A stretch of DNA of 64,000 nt. It comes from an uncultured Planctomycetaceae bacterium. Lineage in GTDB: Bacteria; Planctomycetota; Planctomycetia; Pirellulales; PALSA-1355. The translations under genes were made by a program, and so were the position numbers. The notes below the pieces were generated by a model, which saw nothing but the letters and a program-made list of their open reading frames with translations, searched no databases and was not told the origin of the DNA. Of the stretch, positions 43,691-54,131 are shown piece by piece. Each line of letters starts with the position of its first letter. Positions within the stretch are counted from its first letter, which is position 1. The DNA lies in contig CAWAUV010000004.1 in assembly GCA_963785305.1 (NCBI GenBank), forward strand, positions 483,022 to 547,021. The letters are read 5' to 3'.

Positions 43691-46206
43691 GGTGGATTGT
43701 AGCCGTGGTTTTCCGCGCCGCGGCATTTATCGCGATGGCCCTTCCCGAACTGCGGACGGCGAATGGCGCGGATTTTGGCGTTACCTCCGATGCGGGCGCG
43801 AACGTCACTTCCAACGACCCGTGGTTCCAGTTTGCCCAGGCTTACTGCGTCAAGTGCCACGGCCCCGAAAAGCAGGAAGCGAAGCTCCGTCTCGACTGCC
43901 TGACGCTGGCCGATACCAACAACGAGAACTACCCGACCTGGAAGCGCGTCATCACCGCGTTGCGGAAAGGAGAGATGCCACCCGAGGAAAGCCCGCGCCA
44001 ACCCACAAGACCAGAGGTTTTGGGCATTGCCGCCGCGTTCACCGATTCAGTTCATTTGGCGGAAAAGGCGGGGCGACTAAACCGGGAACCCGTGCCACTC
44101 AAACGACTGACACGAACCCAGTACCGCAACACCTTGCGAGACCTGTTAAAAGTCGATATCGGTCTCAATGACCCCACCCGCGGGCTTCCGGATGACCGGG
44201 GAGGTTCCGACTTCGACGTTGTCGGCGACGACCTAAAAATGTCCGATGTCTTAATGGAAGCCTACCTCCGCGCGGGTTCGCGAATGATTGATGAAGTAAC
44301 GTGCGATGGGCCGCGACCACAATCCATCCACAGACAATACATTGACACGACAGACCGTTACCGTCTCGAAGGTGGCATCGATGGAGACATCATCGGGCAC
44401 GAGATTTACAATCACTACGACATCGACCGTGGCTACTGGGTCACGCCACAGGAATGCGGGCATGTGAAGATCATTGGTCCGACTCCGTTCACTGTCGGAG
44501 GGTATTACAGGTTGACTTTCGAGGTCGAATCTCTCTGGCGGGGACGATCCGACGTAACGAAAGTCCTCAGGGAATACAGCCCGCGGAGGCCCCACCAGTT
44601 CGCGGTCCGGCTCTTGTCGCCCGAGGGAACCTTCCCGGAAGTGGAGCATCTCGTCTCCATTAACGAGCTTCCGGATGAGAAGGTTGTGAAGATCGAACAC
44701 GAGGTCTGGGTTCCGAGGAACTGGCGATTGCAGCTCTACTTTGAGAATGGCCCGGCGTGTCCGATGTGGGTGTTGTATCAGGAGCTGGTGGACTGGCACG
44801 AAATCCCGACCCCTCCCAATGCCAGTGCAAGTGAAAAAGAAGCCATCAAGAAAAAGAACGCGGAAACGTTGGGCGGCACGTATACCACTCCCCAGATCAA
44901 GGAGTTCATGCGGACGGCCGTGTCGCCAAGGATCAGAATCCACAAAATGGCGATCAATGGTCCATCTTATAAGTCCTGGCCACCTGAATTCCATGCCGCG
45001 CTATATGGCAGCAAGGACTCCCGGGAAGCCATTCGCAACTTCTCACGGCGGGCTTTCAGGAGATACGTGACGGAAGAGGAACTCCAACCGTTCTATAGCC
45101 TCGCTCAAAAACAGGGTTTTCAATTGGCGGCAAAGGCGATGCTTTGCTCGCCGGATTTCCTTTATCTGTATGAGAACGAAGGCAAACTAGATAATGAAGC
45201 TCTCGCCAATCGCTTATCGTATGCATTAACGAACTCCATGCCCGATGACGAGCTTTTTCAATTAGCGGCCGCGGGAATGTTAACCGATCCCGAGGTCTTC
45301 AATGATCAAATCGACAGGCTCTTGGCTTCTTCCCGATCAGAGGATTTTATTGAAAGCTTCGTAACCCAATGGTTGCGACTGCGCAATATCGACAAAATGC
45401 CTCCAGATGAAAAGAAGTTTCCCGCGTTCTACCGAATCTCACATGGTTATACGGGCACCAAGGAAGCGATCGTCAAGGAGCCGGTTATCTATTTCAGGCA
45501 TCTTGTCGCCGAAAATCTCCCGGTCTCTTTGCTAATCGACTCCGACTTCACGTTCATGAATGATTCACTCGCGGACTTTTATGGAGTTACCGGCGTTGAT
45601 ACGAGTGCCTTCCAAAAGGTGAAGCTGGAGCAAAGCCTCAATCGGGGCGGACTCCTTGGAATGTCCGCGGTCTTGACCGCCTCCGCGAACGGCGTGGATA
45701 CTTCGCCGGTCGTCCGGGGTATTTACATTCTGGATAACCTCATGGGCAAACCCCCGGCGCCACCGCCACCGGGAATCAAACTCCCCCAGCCCGACGTTCG
45801 TGGCGCCAGCACCATTCGGGATCTTCTGGAGAAGCATAGCGCCGAGGCATCATGCGGAAGTTGCCATAAAACGATCGATCCAATCGGATTTGCCTTGGAA
45901 AACTTCGATGCGGTCGGTCATTGGAGAACGGCGTATCCCAACCGCGCTATCAACGCATCGGGGGCGTTTCCGAACGGAACCGCGTTCACCGACATTTACG
46001 GTTTCAAGAAAGAGCTGAACGCGAAATGCGACATCGTGGCGGAAAATCTAGTCAGGGAACTGCTTGTCTATTTTACAGGTCGCAAGATGGGACCCTTGGA
46101 CGACGAAACGATCGAGCAAATCCGCACGACGGCGAAGGCCAAAGGTTATACGATGAAAGACTTGGTTAAAGCGACGCTGAATAGCGAGATATTCTTGCGA
46201 AAATAG
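43687..46206 (+). CDS. DUF1592-type protein (planctomycete cytochrome c + DUF1587/1595/1592/1588/1585)
   Basis: CVKCH heme motif, MPP, RLTRTQYRNTLRDLL, LANRLSYAL..SMPDDEL, TSPVVRG, CGSCH..IDPIGFALENFD. Confidence 0.92.
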   Translation: MRWIVAVVFRAAAFIAMALPELRTANGADFGVTSDAGANVTSNDPWFQFAQAYCVKCHGPEKQEAKLRLDCLTLADTNNENYPTWKRVITALRKGEMPPEESPRQPTRPEVLGIAAAFTDSVHLAEKAGRLNREPVPLKRLTRTQYRNTLRDLLKVDIGLNDPTRGLPDDRGGSDFDVVGDDLKMSDVLMEAYLRAGSRMIDEVTCDGPRPQSIHRQYIDTTDRYRLEGGIDGDIIGHEIYNHYDIDRGYWVTPQECGHVKIIGPTPFTVGGYYRLTFEVESLWRGRSDVTKVLREYSPRRPHQFAVRLLSPEGTFPEVEHLVSINELPDEKVVKIEHEVWVPRNWRLQLYFENGPACPMWVLYQELVDWHEIPTPPNASASEKEAIKKKNAETLGGTYTTPQIKEFMRTAVSPRIRIHKMAINGPSYKSWPPEFHAALYGSKDSREAIRNFSRRAFRRYVTEEELQPFYSLAQKQGFQLAAKAMLCSPDFLYLYENEGKLDNEALANRLSYALTNSMPDDELFQLAAAGMLTDPEVFNDQIDRLLASSRSEDFIESFVTQWLRLRNIDKMPPDEKKFPAFYRISHGYTGTKEAIVKEPVIYFRHLVAENLPVSLLIDSDFTFMNDSLADFYGVTGVDTSAFQKVKLEQSLNRGGLLGMSAVLTASANGVDTSPVVRGIYILDNLMGKPPAPPPPGIKLPQPDVRGASTIRDLLEKHSAEASCGSCHKTIDPIGFALENFDAVGHWRTAYPNRAINASGAFPNGTAFTDIYGFKKELNAKCDIVAENLVRELLVYFTGRKMGPLDDETIEQIRTTAKAKGYTMKDLVKATLNSEIFLRK

Positions 46207-46550
46207 TCCGGCGCCAAGCGAGATTGTCTTACGGAATGCCCGGATGGCGCGTTGCCCGCCAATCGCTGATGATTGAACAGGACGCATGGAAAGGCGCCAA
46301 GGCAATTAGTTTTCAGACCGTCACCTATTTTCGGCCTCACCGATTCGCGACGTGGGGTTGATTGTACACGATGGTTGTCGTCTAGCGGTACAGGCGGCGC
46401 CGGGGGGAGTCGCAGCGGCGTGATGCCTGGCGAATGTGGCCGCGGGCCGAGGAATTGGGCGGCGGCGGGGACCGGCCGCGAGCCTGGAACGGGCCGCGAG
46501 CGCGGGAACAGAACCGCGCGGCGGCAATGCCTCCAATTGGTGAGTGTCGC

Positions 46551-46586
46551 GTAACACGCTTGGTAACACGCTTGGTAACAGGCTTG
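46551..46586. repeat. Tandem repeat 3 x 12 bp
   Basis: GTAACACGCTTG GTAACACGCTTG GTAACAGGCTTG. Confidence 0.85.
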
Positions 46587-46627
46587 GCCGTTTGATCGGT
46601 CGGGGCTTGCGATGTTTGCGGGCGTCG

Positions 46628-47026
46628 CTAGCGCTTCACGGAGCAAGTTTTAGCTGAACAGCGGCCGGTCAGTCGCAATCGGTTTTTGGCGAAGATGCGA
46701 TAACCGATGTCCATCATCCGCGAGATGATCGGAAGACGGGTCAGCGCCACCAAGGGGCCAAGCCCAATCGCTGAATACAGGCGCCGGAATACCTCCACGC
46801 CGGTAATCCAGGTTCCATCGGGCAGTCGTCCGTGCATTTTCGCCATCAATTCGTCGTATGTCTTACCGAGGGTTTCGGGGCGAAAATCAGCGGCGTCAAT
46901 ATCCGTGAAGGTGATTTTGCCCTGGCGATCCCGCCGTTTCAGAAAATGGACCTCCCGAAGACAAAGCGGACAGCCGCCGTCGAAGAAGACTTCCATTTCC
47001 GCGGATTTCGTCGCTTCCATTGCCAT
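46628..47026 (-). CDS. DCC1-like thiol-disulfide oxidoreductase (DUF393)
   Basis: [10 protein letters not shown] (DxxCxxC), [24 protein letters not shown]. Confidence 0.9.
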   Translation of the reverse strand: MAMEATKSAEMEVFFDGGCPLCLREVHFLKRRDRQGKITFTDIDAADFRPETLGKTYDELMAKMHGRLPDGTWITGVEVFRRLYSAIGLGPLVALTRLPIISRMMDIGYRIFAKNRLRLTGRCSAKTCSVKR

Positions 47027-47102
47027 GTTTCGCCCCAAAATGCGTCAGCCGAGCCCTTGATTCTAACCGACATGGGAGCGCGGGATTAACCGCGGCGGGA
47101 GA

Positions 47103-48044
47103 TCATGTTTTCGTGCTGACCAGGGCTTTCCGGATCGCCTCTCGAATCCCCATGGGCCTGATCGAAAACAGGTCCAGGGCCGTCGTGTCCTGAACCACGG
47201 TGGGATTCTTCAAGCCTTCGATCAAGTGCCGACCGACCTCGAAGGCGGCGGGCGTCACCAGGGCGAGCCACAGGCTTGACAGATAAGGCGTCAGCACCGG
47301 GACCGAGATCAACCATCGTCGCAGGCCCCGCTGCCGGGCGTATTCCCGGATCATGCCGCCGTAGGTCGTGACATCGGGACAACCGATCTCGAAGATGCGG
47401 CTTTCGCCTGGAGGCAAATCCCTGGCCGCCAAGAGATAGGCCAACACGTCGTCCACGGCGATAGGTTGCGTGGGTGTCGTAAGCCAACGAGGGCAAAGCA
47501 TGACGGGCAGCCGGTCGGTCAACGACTTGACCAGATCGAAGGACAGACTGCCCGTGCCAATGACCAGCGACGCCCGGAATTCGATGGTCTCGATGCCGGA
47601 ATCCCGAAGGATTTGGCCGACCTCGTGACGGCTGCGCAAATGCGGGGAGAGTTTCGGGTCGGCGTCATCGCCCAGGCCACCGAGGTAGATGATCCGCCGC
47701 GCCCCGGCTTTCTTCGCGGCGAGGGCAAAGTTCGTCGCCGCCTGGCGGTCTTCCTTTTCGAATTCCTTCGACCCGGACATCAGGTGGACGAGGTAGTAGG
47801 CCGTTTGGACGCCCTTCAGCGCGTCGTCAAGCGAACCAGGGTCAAGAACATCGCCCCCGACGATCCGCGTGCATTCCTTGACGAGCGGCCGCAATTTGTC
47901 CGGATTTCGGGCTAGACACCGCAAGACGATGGGCTGGTGTTCGAGCAGCGGAATGAGCCGACCGCCGACATAGCCGGATGCGCCCGTCAACAGCACAACG
48001 GGAGCATTCGGCGCTTCAGGATTTTCTAACTCCGGTGGTGGCAT
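47103..48044 (-). CDS. NAD(P)-binding SDR/epimerase (YbjT-like N-terminal domain)
   Basis: LLTGASGYVGG, AYYLVH, IIYLGGLG, SPHLRSRHEVG, TQPIAVDDV. Confidence 0.88.
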   Translation of the reverse strand: MPPPELENPEAPNAPVVLLTGASGYVGGRLIPLLEHQPIVLRCLARNPDKLRPLVKECTRIVGGDVLDPGSLDDALKGVQTAYYLVHLMSGSKEFEKEDRQAATNFALAAKKAGARRIIYLGGLGDDADPKLSPHLRSRHEVGQILRDSGIETIEFRASLVIGTGSLSFDLVKSLTDRLPVMLCPRWLTTPTQPIAVDDVLAYLLAARDLPPGESRIFEIGCPDVTTYGGMIREYARQRGLRRWLISVPVLTPYLSSLWLALVTPAAFEVGRHLIEGLKNPTVVQDTTALDLFSIRPMGIREAIRKALVSTKT

Positions 48045-48233
48045 TGTCTTCGCTCGAACTCCCGGTTAGGAAACGTGTTGCTTTGCGGGTAGTAGCCTGT
48101 TGAAATATTCAACCGGCCGCGCCGCGACGAGCTTTGCTCGGCGCTTGGCGAGGCTGATAGCATTCCTCGAGGGCATTTTACTGTTTATCGAACCGCGGCA
48201 CATGCTGGGCCGCGGATGAAATCGAGGTTGGTG

Positions 48234-48844
48234 ATGTTGTCGTGGCGAAAACCGTCTGCTGAATCCATTCGCCCTTTTCTGGCGGCGCGGGCGACATTGC
48301 CCTTCACCTATTCGGCGGTGGGAGCAACCGCGACGACTCCGCCCGCTGGCCATGTCGTGGATCACACCCGCGTCGGGCTGGGGGAAGGCGAGTCGGTATT
48401 CCGGCTGGCGATAGCCGCCTTGCAACGATGGGAGCAGTTTCGATTGGGCTGGGTGGAAGCGTGGTCGCCGGACACTCCGATTCGCTCCGGCGAAGTGGTG
48501 GCGGTGATGGGGAAAGCCATCGGCTTGTGGTGGCTGAACTCGTGCCGAATCGTATATGTCGTCGACGAATCGGGACCGATCCGCAAGTTCGGCTTCGCTT
48601 ATGGAACATTGCCCGGCCACGTTGAGAGCGGTGAAGAACGATTCTTGATCGAGTGGAACCAGGGCGACGACCGGGTTTGCTACGACATTCTGGCCTTTTC
48701 GAAACCGAACCACATCTTGACCCGGCTCGGTTATCCGATGGTCCGCCGCGGCAGAAACGATTTGGGCGGGACTCGGCGGAGGCAATTTTCAGGGCGATCA
48801 ACGGGGCTAAACCGATTCCCGAAGTCCGCCAGAGCACACGATGA
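48234..48844 (+). CDS. DUF1990 family protein; frameshift near 48750
   Basis: FTYSAVGAT, LGEGESVF, NSCRIVYV, GFAYGTLPGHVESGEERF, ILAFSKP; ends QKRFGRDSAEAI in the 48653 frame. Confidence 0.85.
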
Positions 48845-48983
48845 ATCTCCGACCGGCAAGACGGTCGCGCTTTTACGGGTCGGCGTGGTGTTCAACGCAC
48901 GACGCCCGCCGAGGACTTGCGTCGCTCGGCGGGCGTTGTTGCTTTTATGTTGCGCGAGATTCGTTCCCGAGGGCGAGGGCCGC

Positions 48984-49475
48984 TTATTTCGCGGGGGCGG
49001 CGGCGGGTTGATTCGGGGCCGGAACCGCGGGCGGCGTGGCCATGTGTTCGCCGTCGGTCGATTCGGGAATCACCGGCATTTCGCCCGGCTTCGGGAAGGC
49101 CGACTCGGGAATGTCGTCGAGCTTCTCCTTGCGATCGGCCTGGGCGAGGAGCGAGTAACCCTTGGCGTCGAGATCGTAGCGGCCCCAGAACACGCGGCGG
49201 TACGGGTTGTAGTAGTAGACATACCGCGGGCGGCTCGGGTAGTACAAGCAGTAGTGGTACTGATACGTCGTCGCGGTGACGACCGGCTTGTAGTAGTAAT
49301 AGACATAGTAGTAGGTGTGTTGCGGGTAGTAGGTCCAGGTCGTGTAATAGGCCCGGTAATAGCCCGCTTGGGCCGACGACGTGGCGGCGGCCCCGACGCC
49401 GAGCAGCACGGCGGCCAGGCAAGCAAGTTTGAGCAAGGCGGCCCGGCGGCTCGGAGTGGTCGTGTTCGCGTTCAT
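48984..49475 (-). CDS. Secreted tyrosine-rich hypothetical protein
   Basis: RBS AAGGAG; signal peptide with SRR and AQA cleavage; 23 Tyr in the first 55 mature residues; Pro-rich tail. Confidence 0.8.
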   Translation of the reverse strand: MNANTTTPSRRAALLKLACLAAVLLGVGAAATSSAQAGYYRAYYTTWTYYPQHTYYYVYYYYKPVVTATTYQYHYCLYYPSRPRYVYYYNPYRRVFWGRYDLDAKGYSLLAQADRKEKLDDIPESAFPKPGEMPVIPESTDGEHMATPPAVPAPNQPAAAPAK

Positions 49476-49651
49476 GGGATTCTCCTTCGAGGTATGAGAG
49501 GAAGTTTTTGGCGACTCGTCCAAACTGGTTGTTTGCGTCTCGTGTTCGCCTTCACACCCGAGAAAACGAAGCTGGCGGGCTGATCTTCCGCCTTGGCGAT
49601 AAAAATTTTTCGCGAGTGTCGGAACCGTGTCGCGCAGGGGGAATCGGAGAG

Positions 49652-49748
49652 GCCACGGAAACGCACGGAAATCACGGAGTAAGAAGCGGAAGGGCATCAA
49701 TGCCTTCTCCGCGGGTTCTTTCGCATTCTTTCCGAGCGTTTCCGTGGC
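49652..49748. repeat. Intergenic long inverted repeat
   Basis: GCCACGGAAACGCACGGAAA ... TTTCCGAGCGTTTCCGTGGC with inner GAAGGGCAT-CA-ATGCCTTC hairpin. Confidence 0.65.
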
Positions 49749-49761
49749 AAAACTCCGGTCT

Positions 49762-52296
49762 TCAGCGCGGTCGTGGCGGCTCGACCGGCGGGATTTGGTT
49801 TGCCGCCGGCGCGGGAGGAATCGGCCCCGGGCCGCCCGGCAAATCGGCTGGATGGGCCGACACGACCAGCCGCTCTTGGGCCGGCATCAGGGCGTCGTAG
49901 GTGGCCTTCGAGATGATGTAATAGTTGCGGTCGGCCTGCGCTAGCCAACTGCCGAGCCGGTCGTTCGTGCGATTCAACAGCTCGTCGCGAGCTTTCTTGT
50001 CGGCGGCTTCGGCAAGCTCCGGCTGAATCGCGGCTCGGGCCAACATATAAATGCGCTCGCCCTCGGCGGCTGGGGCGGCGGCGGGTCGCCCTTTCTCTTG
50101 CGGCGGCCCCGGCAGGGTTTTGCCGAAATAGAAGTGATAGACGATTCCCTCGCTCGAGCCGAGGAGCAATTCCCCGTTGGCGGCGAACATCCGCAGGTTG
50201 CCGTCGTCGGCGCGAGCCAACACGAAGCCGCGCTCGTTCAGGTCCTTGAGCGCCGCTCGGCCATCGGCCTGTTTGAGCTGAGGATTGTTGATGTAAAACG
50301 CTTCGCCGGCAAGCAGGTCTTGCGCCTGATCGCCAATCACTTCGCGACCCAGCACCGGCAGCCGGCCGACTTCGTTGCGAACGGCGCGAGCCAGATCATC
50401 GTCGATCCGTTCGTTGGGGCCCAGCTTTCGCTCGGCGATCTTGCCGTTTTGGAATTGGCTGAGCTCGAGCAGCGCGACACTATCGGGCTCCGGCGCCCGG
50501 GAAGTAAAGCGGAACCCGATCTGGCCGCGGAGACTGAGCCCCGCGGCGCGATCATGGAGCGATATCTTATAATCGTTGATGTGAATCTCGCGCATCGTGT
50601 CGGGCGGCGAAAGAATCAACACCTCGGGGGCCACGGGGCCGGCGCCCGGCGCAACCAGTTCGGTCAGCAGCGCTCGCGCGATCGAGGGAAACACTTTCAC
50701 GAATGTCTGTCGCTGGACCGTTCCGCCCGAGACACGCAGCGCTCCCAACACTCGCGAGAGCTCGGGAAATCGCCCCAGCGCCGTGAGAAAGCTATCTGTT
50801 TGCAATCCGCATTCGGCCGCGGCGAGTCGGGCATCGAGTTCTTGATCGAACAAACTGGCCAAGGCCACGATCGGCTCGGTGTCGCTTAGCGGCGCGCGGC
50901 ACGCTTCGACGGCGCGTTGAAAACGAGCTTCGTCTTCCTTAAAAAGCGCGGTCAGCGCTTCAGCCTTGGCATAGAGCGCCAATATCTTGTCGGCTTCGTC
51001 GCCGGGATACGAAGCGCGGTTCTCGCTCACCGCCGCTCGAATTTGATCCTGCTTTTCGATCATGCCTTTCGAGTGACACGACATGCAGGAAAGTCCATTG
51101 CGCACCTCGGGCGGGCGGCCTTTCTTGACCGCTTCCTTGTCGACCACGATCGAGGTCGGCCCGTCGTCGATCCGTTCGCCGGCGCCATTGACGAGCATGT
51201 AACCTTGCAAGCCATTGGGCAGGCTGAAGATGATTTCACCGCCATCTTGAACAAAGCCCGTTTTGCCACCCGGCCCGAGCGGATGGGAAAACAGATTGCG
51301 TTCGTCGGTATTGCCGGCGAAATCGTAGCTTTTCCAGTAATATCCGGCGGCCGACGGATGTCGCTCGATCATGCGGTTGTTGTGCGACACACCCGAGCCG
51401 TTGAAGCCGGCCCGCGCGGCGATTTCGCGTTTGAGGTTGTCTTGCACATCGACTTCGAGCTGCTTCTCCAGTTCGGCGTCGGTGCGAGGAATTTGCAAAA
51501 TGTCGTGGTACAAAGGCGGATGCGAGGCCGTGGCCACGAACCAATCGGCGCACACCGCCGGCTGCGAACTGCTAGTGAGCTTATAGACCTCGGGCCAATC
51601 GCCATCGCTCAACGGAAGTCCATAGGGATTGGCGGCGGTGACTTTGTCCCAGATGCTCGCGTTCCAGCGATAATCGCGCAGATCGACTCGCAAGATCGTG
51701 CCTTGCGGATCGATCGGCGCCGGAATCACGATCTTGGCGCCGCGCGAAAGGCTGTTGACCAGTTTCGAGAGGCCATTGCGATAGGATTGAAGCTCGTCGG
51801 CCCCGCGGCCGGCATTATAAAGGTGCGTCAGCGTGAAGTAGCGCAGCTCGCCGCGCAAGCGCGGGTTGGCCTTTTCTAGATCGGCGCGAATCAATTGGGC
51901 CATGTCTTGGGGCGAAATGAATTCGCGCGGGCCTTGCGAGGATTCGAAGTCGCCGGCGCCCGCGGCGATCCACTTACGCAGCACGTCGATCTCCTCGGCC
52001 GTGGGACGGCGCTTCACGTCTTCCGGCGGCATCTCTCCCTCGATGATCCGCTTGAGCATCCGCGAATGCTCGGGATCGCGCGACGCGATCATCTTGCGGG
52101 CCACGAGCTGCGGAACCTGCATCACGAAGTTGAAGCCGCCTTCGACGGTTCCATCGCGACCGTGGCATTCATGGCAATGCGTGGCCAATACCTGCCGGGC
52201 TCGCTGGGCGAGCGATGGCTCGGCCTGGGCCGCGCCCGACGAAGCGGCGGAAACGACCAGACCAAGGAGTCCGAGATATTGCAGTAAGCGTCGCAT
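49762..52296 (-). CDS. Secreted c-type cytochrome domain protein (planctomycete cytochrome c N-domain, second CxxCH)
   Basis: Signal peptide, CHECH...EMPP...LRKWI, GVSHNNR, YYWKSYDF, DGGEIIFSLPNGLQGY, CMSCH; RBS GGAGG. Confidence 0.85.
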   Translation of the reverse strand: MRRLLQYLGLLGLVVSAASSGAAQAEPSLAQRARQVLATHCHECHGRDGTVEGGFNFVMQVPQLVARKMIASRDPEHSRMLKRIIEGEMPPEDVKRRPTAEEIDVLRKWIAAGAGDFESSQGPREFISPQDMAQLIRADLEKANPRLRGELRYFTLTHLYNAGRGADELQSYRNGLSKLVNSLSRGAKIVIPAPIDPQGTILRVDLRDYRWNASIWDKVTAANPYGLPLSDGDWPEVYKLTSSSQPAVCADWFVATASHPPLYHDILQIPRTDAELEKQLEVDVQDNLKREIAARAGFNGSGVSHNNRMIERHPSAAGYYWKSYDFAGNTDERNLFSHPLGPGGKTGFVQDGGEIIFSLPNGLQGYMLVNGAGERIDDGPTSIVVDKEAVKKGRPPEVRNGLSCMSCHSKGMIEKQDQIRAAVSENRASYPGDEADKILALYAKAEALTALFKEDEARFQRAVEACRAPLSDTEPIVALASLFDQELDARLAAAECGLQTDSFLTALGRFPELSRVLGALRVSGGTVQRQTFVKVFPSIARALLTELVAPGAGPVAPEVLILSPPDTMREIHINDYKISLHDRAAGLSLRGQIGFRFTSRAPEPDSVALLELSQFQNGKIAERKLGPNERIDDDLARAVRNEVGRLPVLGREVIGDQAQDLLAGEAFYINNPQLKQADGRAALKDLNERGFVLARADDGNLRMFAANGELLLGSSEGIVYHFYFGKTLPGPPQEKGRPAAAPAAEGERIYMLARAAIQPELAEAADKKARDELLNRTNDRLGSWLAQADRNYYIISKATYDALMPAQERLVVSAHPADLPGGPGPIPPAPAANQIPPVEPPRPR

Positions 52297-52610
52297 GGTG
52301 ATGCCTCCGTCGAACGCGTTTGGGGCCCCCTCTTTGGAGCCGAGAATTAGATGATTGCAAAAAGTCGTGGGTCCGGTCAAATAAATCTTGGAAAATCGCC
52401 CACCGCGCTAGGATTTTGGCGTCCGACTGTTCGTTCGCCGGCCCGAGACGATGTAAGCGCGAGCTCCAATCCCGCGATTCAACCTGGAAAACGTGCGACG
52501 AGCGCGAAAATTCCTGGGCGGTTCGGAAGATTTCGGCCGCTGGCCCGTTTTCCCTTGCACGCGACGCCGCATGCTTGACGGCGATTCGCCGCGTGCCGAA
52601 ACTTGGAGCC

Positions 52611-53189
52611 ATGGCCGATGTCACTCAAACTACTCCGACCGACGACGCGCTTTGCGAACTGCTCGCCGCGCGCGAGCATTCGCCCGCGGCCACCAGCCAA
52701 GCCCATTGGGCCTGCGGAGTGCTCTACGACCGCCATGCTCGCGGCGTGTTGGCGTTTCTGGCGTCGCGCAGCTCGCGAACCGAGGCCGACGATTTGCATC
52801 AGGCGGTTTGGCAACGTGTCTGGCAGTCGGCGGGAACCGGCTTTCGCGGCGGCAATTTTCGGGCATGGTTGTTTCAGATTGCCCGGAATCTGCTCATCGA
52901 CGAGCGGCGGAAGAAGCGGCCCCAATCGCTCCCGGAAGCGCACGACGACGCCGACCACGGGGCATCGCGGCCCGACGATATCCTGCTTGATCGCGAACGG
53001 ATGCAAACCCTGGCCGAGTGTCTGGAAAAATTGGAAAGCACGGCCGGCGCTCTCATCCGCTCGCGGTTACGCGGCGAAAGCTACGAAGGGATTTGCGAAC
53101 AGTTGAAGCTCACTGCGCATCGAGCCCATCGATTGCTGCACACCGCGAAACAGCAACTTCAAACCTGCGTGAATCGGTCCGAAGCATGA
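52611..53189 (+). CDS. ECF RNA polymerase sigma-70 factor
   Basis: LYDRHA, ADDLHQAVW, NFRAWLFQIARNLLID, LAECLEKL, AKQQLQTC. Confidence 0.88.
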   Translation: MADVTQTTPTDDALCELLAAREHSPAATSQAHWACGVLYDRHARGVLAFLASRSSRTEADDLHQAVWQRVWQSAGTGFRGGNFRAWLFQIARNLLIDERRKKRPQSLPEAHDDADHGASRPDDILLDRERMQTLAECLEKLESTAGALIRSRLRGESYEGICEQLKLTAHRAHRLLHTAKQQLQTCVNRSEA

Positions 53190-54131
53190 AACTCCATTTG
53201 GTCGACATGCCCGACGAGCCGGCGGCCCTCGCCCGCTGGCTCGACGAGCGGCTCGTGAGCGCCGAGCTGGGCGAATGGATCGCCGAGCTGATGGTTGCCC
53301 ATGATGCGCCGTCGGCCGCGCTCGGGCGCCGCCGGAAGCGCTTGCCTCGGATTGGCTCGGGCCGGATCGCGATTCGGTGCTCGCGCGCGGTTTGCGGGCG
53401 CTCGAGGCCGAGAGGCTTTCGCAATTGCTTGCCGAGCCGAAGCTATTCGCCGGACTTCAAGAACTTGCGCTGGTCGAAGGCGGCCCGTATTGGAATGATC
53501 TACTCGCCCAACGGCGCGAATTCGACGATCTCTTGGCCAGCGGAAGGCGATCGCTGGGCGAGGCAGGCAACCCGCGATTGCATCGCGATGCTTCGATGGC
53601 ATCGCCGATCGATACACGTCCAGCGCCGGCTGGTGGTGGCTCGCATTGGACGCGGACGATCGCCACCGTGCTCGCGACCGCGGCGGTCATGCTCGTGGCG
53701 TTTTCGGTCCGTGAGGCGAACCGCCCGCTTCCCGCTCCGGCCGCGGTGGCGTCGGGTTGGGGCTGGAATCGCCCCGACGCGCTCCAGGCCCCGGCATCGA
53801 CCACGCCGGGCCAATACCTCGAGCAGTTGGCGCTCGGGCGCAAGCATGGTTCAACAAGCGTCCCGACGACGCAGCGGCCGTCGCTCAACGGATTCTCGAA
53901 CTGCGCCAAGGCTGCTCGCGGATATTGCTGTCGGCCCACGCTCCCCTGGCGCCGGCCGATCGCGAGTGGCTCAAAGAGCGCTGCCGGGTCTGGGCCGCGA
54001 AGTTCGACGAGCAGGTGGCCGCGATCGAACGTGGCGACGACCCGCTTCAGGTGCGCGAGCAAACCGACGCGACGGTTCGCAAACTGATCGACGCCCTTAA
54101 GGCCCGCTCCCAAAAAACGGCGACCGGCTGA
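53186..54131 (+). CDS. Putative membrane-anchored anti-sigma factor; frameshifts near 53340 and 53837
   Basis: ATGA overlap with the sigma stop; LARWLDERL, LQELALVEGGPYW, TM IATVLATAAVMLVAF, WGWNRPDAL, WFNKRP, WLKERCRVWA across three frames. Confidence 0.7.

Noticed and set aside
46146-46646. ORF with QACY repeats
   Set aside because: Merely the translation of the 12-bp tandem repeat; low-complexity, overlaps neighbours and has no RBS.
48845-49583. Long C-terminal extension of DUF1990 (455-aa ORF)
   Set aside because: Read-through caused by the frameshift near 48750; the region is the antisense of the Tyr-rich gene.
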